This document shows, piece by piece, positions 59,757 through 64,000 of a stretch of DNA of 64,000 bases; positions within the stretch are counted from its first letter, which is position 1, and each line of letters opens with the position of its first letter. This DNA comes from Planctomycetota bacterium. GTDB lineage: Bacteria > Planctomycetota > SZUA-567 > H5-PLA8. Location of the stretch: contig JBBRPR010000003.1 in NCBI GenBank assembly GCA_038227875.1, positions 197,028 through 261,027 of the forward strand. The letters run 5' to 3'. The notes under the pieces are model-generated. The model ran no database searches, was not told where the DNA came from, and saw nothing but the letters and a program-made list of their open reading frames with translations. The position numbers were made by a program, and so were the translations under genes.

Positions 59757-60506
59757 ATGATCACTTTTGATTTTAAAGAGCAGACGGCGCTGGTCACCGG
59801 CGGGACGCGCGGGATTGGGCGCGCGATCGCGGAGAAATTCCTGAGCGCCGGGGCGGCGGTGATTGCGACCTACGCGGGGAACGAAGAGGCGGCGGCGGCG
59901 TTCAAGCTCGCGAACGCGGCGCACGAATCACGGCTGACGGTGAAGCGCTGCGAATCGCAGCATTACGATCAGGCCGAAGCGCTCTACAAGGAACTGGAGA
60001 AGTCGCACCCCAAGGGCATCGACATTCTCGTCAACAATTCCGGCATCCGCAAGGACGCGGTGCTGGCGATGATGAAAGCGGAAGACTGGAACGCGGTCGT
60101 CGGCGTGAATCTCACCGGCACGTTCAACATGAGCAAGTTCGCGGTGCTCTCGATGATGCGCAAACGCTACGGGCGGATCATCAACATCACGTCTCCGTGC
60201 GGCGAATTCGGCTTCGCGGGGCAGGCGAACTACGCGGCCTCAAAGGCGGGGCAGGTGGGTTTGACGCGCAGCTTAAGCAAGGAAGTCGGGACGCGGGGCA
60301 TCACGGTCAACTGCGTCTCGCCGGGGTTCATCGGCACGGACCTGATCAAGGATCTTTCCGAGGATCTGCGAGAAAAATATGTCGCTCAAGTGCCGCTGAA
60401 AAAATTCGGCACGCCTGAAGACGTCGCCGCCTGCGTGCTCTTCCTGGCGTCGAAAGAAGCCTCGTACATTACCGGCTCAGTGCTGGAAGTGACGGGCGGA
60501 CTATGA
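59757..60506 (+). CDS. fabG: 3-oxoacyl-ACP reductase
   Basis: TGGTRGIG, NNSGI, GQANYAASK and PGFI motifs. Confidence 0.88.
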   Translation: MITFDFKEQTALVTGGTRGIGRAIAEKFLSAGAAVIATYAGNEEAAAAFKLANAAHESRLTVKRCESQHYDQAEALYKELEKSHPKGIDILVNNSGIRKDAVLAMMKAEDWNAVVGVNLTGTFNMSKFAVLSMMRKRYGRIINITSPCGEFGFAGQANYAASKAGQVGLTRSLSKEVGTRGITVNCVSPGFIGTDLIKDLSEDLREKYVAQVPLKKFGTPEDVAACVLFLASKEASYITGSVLEVTGGL

Positions 60507-60934
60507 ACATTCACGACGCGATTCCTCACCGGCCGCCGTTTCTGCTCGTTGATGAAATCGTCGCCATCGATGAAAAATCGATCCGCACGCGCAAGAAGGT
60601 CGACGCGGCCGACCCGGTTTTCAAAGGCCACTTTCCGGATTACCCGCTGCTGCCCGGCGTGCTCGTCTGTGAAGCGATCATCCAGAGCGGCGCGATTTTG
60701 ATCGCTCATCTTCCCGGCGGCGGAATGACCGGCCTGATCCCCGCGCTGACGCGCATTTCCAACGCGAAGTTCAAGCAGATGGTGCGGCCCGGCGACGTGC
60801 TGGAAATGGACGTGCGCTTCAAGGAGCGGCTGGCCAACGCGTATTTCATGGATGGCACGGCGAAGGTGAACGGTAAAACCGCGGTGTCGCTGGAATTCGC
60901 GTGCACGGCCGTGGCCAAACCGGTTGAACAATAA
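60503..60934 (+). CDS. fabZ: 3-hydroxyacyl-ACP dehydratase
   Basis: [11 protein letters not shown] and GHFP..P.LPGVL..EA motifs. Confidence 0.88.
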   Translation: MNIHDAIPHRPPFLLVDEIVAIDEKSIRTRKKVDAADPVFKGHFPDYPLLPGVLVCEAIIQSGAILIAHLPGGGMTGLIPALTRISNAKFKQMVRPGDVLEMDVRFKERLANAYFMDGTAKVNGKTAVSLEFACTAVAKPVEQ

Positions 60935-60947
60935 CGAAGGAGCGTCC

Positions 60948-61751
60948 GTGGGTTTTCTCGATCTGGAAGGCAAGACCATCGCCGTCTTCGGCACCGCCAA
61001 CAAGAAAAGCGTCGCGTTCCACATCGCCGATACGATTGCCAAGGAAGGCGCGACGGTGCTCTACGTGGTGCGGTCCGAGACCCGCCGCGAAGGCTTGAAA
61101 AAGATTCTGCCCAACGCCGAGATTTTCCTCTGCGACGTCGAACACGACGACCAGATCGAACGCGTCTGCCGCGAAATCACCGCGAAGCATCCCGTCCTGC
61201 ACGGCGTCGTCCATTCGATTGCGTTCGCGAATTATTCTGAAGGCTTCAAGCCCTTCCACGAGACCAAGCGCAAGGATTTCCTCCAGTCGATCAGTGTCAG
61301 TTGCTACTCGCTGATGGCCATCGCCAACGCGCTGAAGCCCCATCTCGATCCGCACGCGTCGGTGGTCACCGTCTCGATTTCCACCACGCGGATGGCCGCG
61401 GAGAATTACGGCTACATGGGCCCGGTCAAAGCCGCGCTCGATTCGTCGCTCTGCTTTCTCGCCAAGTCGTTCAGTGCCTTCTCAAGTGTCCGCTTCAACG
61501 CCGTCTGTGCGGGACTGCTGAAGACCTCGGCTTCCGCCGGCATTCCCGGCTACGTCGACAGCTACCTCTTCGCCGAACAACTGACGCTGCGCAAAAAGGC
61601 GCTGACCACCGACGAAGTCGCCAACGCCGCCGCCTTTTTGCTCAGCCCCCGTTCCAGCGGCGTGAACGCGCAGGGCATTATTCTCGATGCGGGAATGTCG
61701 GTGAACTATTTCGACAAGGATGTGCTGAAGCGGGCGCTGCGCAATGGCTGA
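60948..61751 (+). CDS. fabI: Enoyl-ACP reductase (FabI-like)
   Basis: G.ANKKSVA, VHSIAFA and [12 protein letters not shown] motifs; GTG start after AAGGAG. Confidence 0.82.
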   Translation: MGFLDLEGKTIAVFGTANKKSVAFHIADTIAKEGATVLYVVRSETRREGLKKILPNAEIFLCDVEHDDQIERVCREITAKHPVLHGVVHSIAFANYSEGFKPFHETKRKDFLQSISVSCYSLMAIANALKPHLDPHASVVTVSISTTRMAAENYGYMGPVKAALDSSLCFLAKSFSAFSSVRFNAVCAGLLKTSASAGIPGYVDSYLFAEQLTLRKKALTTDEVANAAAFLLSPRSSGVNAQGIILDAGMSVNYFDKDVLKRALRNG

Positions 61752-62000
61752 GGTTTTTAAATCTCACGCAAAGCCGCAAAGACGCAAAGAACGGCAACGG
61801 ATTTAGTTATTTTTGATCTGGTGCGCAAGGCTTTGAAATCTCACGCGAGAACAATTAAAAGCTGTTGCTGTTGCCGTTCTTTGCGACTTAGCGGCTTTGC
61901 ATGAGATTTAAAGAGCCATCGACACGAGAGAAACCGCACTCTCCACCGGGGCGGTCTGGTTTTCGAAATAGAATTTCCGCAGGAAGATTGCATTGCCTTC

Positions 62001-63053
62001 TTAGAAGAGATTGTGGGCGACGCGGTCGGCGACGCGGGCCCAGATTTGTTCGGACAGGCACAGCGCCGCGCCGGGGACGGCTTCGTCGCCGGAGCTCATT
62101 GCGTTCGAGCAGCCGCAGGTGTTCATGCAACGGTCTTTCAGTTCGCAGGCTTCGCAGGTGGGATCCAGTTGCGTGCGGCGCTGGTTGATGCCGGAGATTT
62201 TCGCGGTGTCGATACCGCGGTCGAGGTGTCCGATCTGGAAGCGCGGGTCGTTGTCTTCGCCGACCAGGCGCTCGCAGGGATAGAGATTGCCCGACGGCGC
62301 GACAGCGACTTCGCCGACGCCGAACGAGCAGCGGTCGCAGTCTTTCAAGCCCTGCTTGAGTCGCCCGACGATCTTCGCGTCGATGCCGGCGATGTAGATG
62401 TCTTCGCCGTTGCGGAAACGGCGTTCGAATTCGTTGCCGACCAGTTCGACCTGCTCCTCGTAGAGCGCGATCGACGCTTCGTCCCAGTTACCGGCGTAGT
62501 TTGTCGAAAGCGAAAGCACGCGCACGCCCTGGTCGAGAATGAAGCGCGCCGAAGCGGCCATGTGTTTCACGTTCGCGGGATCGATCACGCAGATCACTTC
62601 CGTCAGCGGCGCGTGCTTCAGCGCGATTTGCAATCCGCGCAGCGTCTGTTCGTGGCTCGACGTTCCGTTCACAAACGGGCGCGTGGCGTCGTGAGCTTCC
62701 TTCACGCCATCGAGACTCACGGCGACGACGATGCCGTGTTCGTGAAGCCAGCGCATGCGCTCTTCGGTCAGCAGCGTGGCGTTGGTGGTGACGACGCCGA
62801 CGAGTTTCACGGCGCGGGCGCGGGCCATCTCCTGAGCGCGGAGGTGGAAATGCTGGAGGAGATCCCAGGCCATCAGCGGTTCGCCGCCGAAGTAGCCGAG
62901 ATCCATTTCTTCGCCGGGCATCAGGCGGTCGAAGCCCCACGTCAGCGCTTTTTCGCCGAGCTCCCTGGGCATGCGCCGGCCAAACTTCTGGCCCATGTAA
63001 CAGTAGGGGCAGCCGAGGTTGCAGGCATGGGTGAGAACCAGCGTCAATTCCAT
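62001..63053 (-). CDS. Radical SAM/SPASM-domain protein (possible premature stop; frame continues to 61908)
   Basis: CNLGCPYC, FGGEP, VSLDG; SPASM C...G...G.LYPC and C..C.....C...C.C. Confidence 0.9.
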   Translation of the reverse strand: MELTLVLTHACNLGCPYCYMGQKFGRRMPRELGEKALTWGFDRLMPGEEMDLGYFGGEPLMAWDLLQHFHLRAQEMARARAVKLVGVVTTNATLLTEERMRWLHEHGIVVAVSLDGVKEAHDATRPFVNGTSSHEQTLRGLQIALKHAPLTEVICVIDPANVKHMAASARFILDQGVRVLSLSTNYAGNWDEASIALYEEQVELVGNEFERRFRNGEDIYIAGIDAKIVGRLKQGLKDCDRCSFGVGEVAVAPSGNLYPCERLVGEDNDPRFQIGHLDRGIDTAKISGINQRRTQLDPTCEACELKDRCMNTCGCSNAMSSGDEAVPGAALCLSEQIWARVADRVAHNLF

Positions 63054-63054
63054 C

Positions 63055-63627
63055 TTACTTCTCCGACTGCGGGGGAGGCGTGGGCGCGGGCTTGTGCAGC
63101 GGAACGCTGGCTTCGCCGCGGATCACGGCCTGTGGCCGGACGGGCGCGATGGTGTCGCCCTTGGATTGTGCCTGCGGCAGTGCTGGCGCGGGAGTCTGCG
63201 CCTGCGGCAATGCAACCGACACGCCGCCCGGAACGGCCGTTTGCGGCTGTACGGGAGCGGGAGCCAGTGACGCGGCGGACGGCTTGCCGGGCGTGCACGC
63301 CTGCGGCGTTGCGTTGACCGGCTGCGGCGTAATCGTAGTGGGAATGTTCTGCGGCGCCGGCGGTGCGCCGGGCATCGCGGTAATGGGGGCAACGGGTTGC
63401 GACTGGTTTATCACGGGAGGAGCGCTCGACGTGACTGGAGTGGGCGCGGGATCCTGCAGGGCGTTGGTTTGAGCGCGAGTGGCCTCTCCGCAGCCGGCGA
63501 GCGAGATCAGGCCCGCGGCGGTGAGTCCCAGCTTGACCAGAAAATCGCGGCGGTCGTTGGCGTACGCTTGCGAATCGGGATAGGTGGGCTCGGCGTTGGA
63601 CTTGACGGGTTTGCGTTGCAGCGCCAT
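63055..63627 (-). CDS. Pro/Ala-rich Tat-signal lipoprotein, putative radical SAM substrate
   Basis: RRDFL twin-arginine motif, LAGC lipobox and low-complexity repeats; 1 nt from the radical SAM start. Confidence 0.7.
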   Translation of the reverse strand: MALQRKPVKSNAEPTYPDSQAYANDRRDFLVKLGLTAAGLISLAGCGEATRAQTNALQDPAPTPVTSSAPPVINQSQPVAPITAMPGAPPAPQNIPTTITPQPVNATPQACTPGKPSAASLAPAPVQPQTAVPGGVSVALPQAQTPAPALPQAQSKGDTIAPVRPQAVIRGEASVPLHKPAPTPPPQSEK

Positions 63628-63828
63628 GGGTAGAATTCCTCCAGGTTGTCTCTTCAGACTCCGCAGTCTAAATGTAGTTCGTGGTCGTCCCTATTCATCG
63701 AACGTCATGCGGAAAGCTCGTTTAGAACAAGAAATCGCGGCGAAGAATGGGAACGGAACGGAGTCATATCCTTGGGGGAAGCGTGTTTTCGTGGGCGAAA
63801 ACGCGGAATCTTCGAGGAGATGTGGCCC

Positions 63829-64000
63829 ATGCGGACAAACTTCGACCCCCAACTTCGGCTGGACAGCCCGGCGATACTCGACGTGGTGCTGAACTCCAAC
63901 TGCCGCGACGAGCTCATTCCCATTCTCGTCGGACTGCAACACATCTACCGTCAGCCGGACGAGCGAGATTCCATTCTGGCGCTCATTGCTGAAGACGTGA
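63829..64000 (+). mobile_element. IS transposase N-terminus (ISNCY/IS5-like), truncated by the window edge
   Basis: Manual translation MRTNFDPQLRLDSPAILDVVLNSNCRDELIPILVGLQHIY... after RBS GAGGAG. The QLRLD/CRDE.IPIL..LQHIY pattern is recalled from planctomycete IS transposases. Left IS end not defined. Confidence 0.65.

Overview
GC-rich bacterial chromosomal segment. Gene content suggests Planctomycetota (many Ser/Thr kinases, an extended ECF sigma factor, a bacterial microcompartment locus), but this is an inference. In order: a partial TPR gene; an AT-richer XRE-ImmA/IrrE + PIN (DUF4411-like) islet; a probable pseudokinase; a sugar isomerase; a diguanylate cyclase with an RsbU/RsbW/RsbV-type partner-switching trio; mutL; an AraC-regulated sugar oxidoreductase/isomerase pair; a microcompartment locus (BMC-T, BMC-H, aldehyde dehydrogenase, class II aldolase, BMC-P) continuing into an ACT protein with a likely encapsulation peptide, a clan GH-A glycosidase and a DUF711 protein; nusB-ribH-parvulin; DUF1015; a kinase/c-di-GMP signalling island; two secreted proteins; ogt; an ECF sigma factor; SnoaL; a TagA-TMTC-like glycosyltransferase fusion; an orphan atpC; a miaA-hemC operon running into two phytoene-desaturase-like genes plus fabG/fabZ/fabI, interrupted by an Rpn gene with an internal antitoxin-like start; a radical SAM/SPASM gene with a Tat lipoprotein partner; and the start of an IS transposase. 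Many intergenic spaces, and mutL itself, carry inverted pairs of short heptamer arrays. No rRNA, tRNA or CRISPR array was recognised. All family calls come from motif recognition by eye, with no database search.
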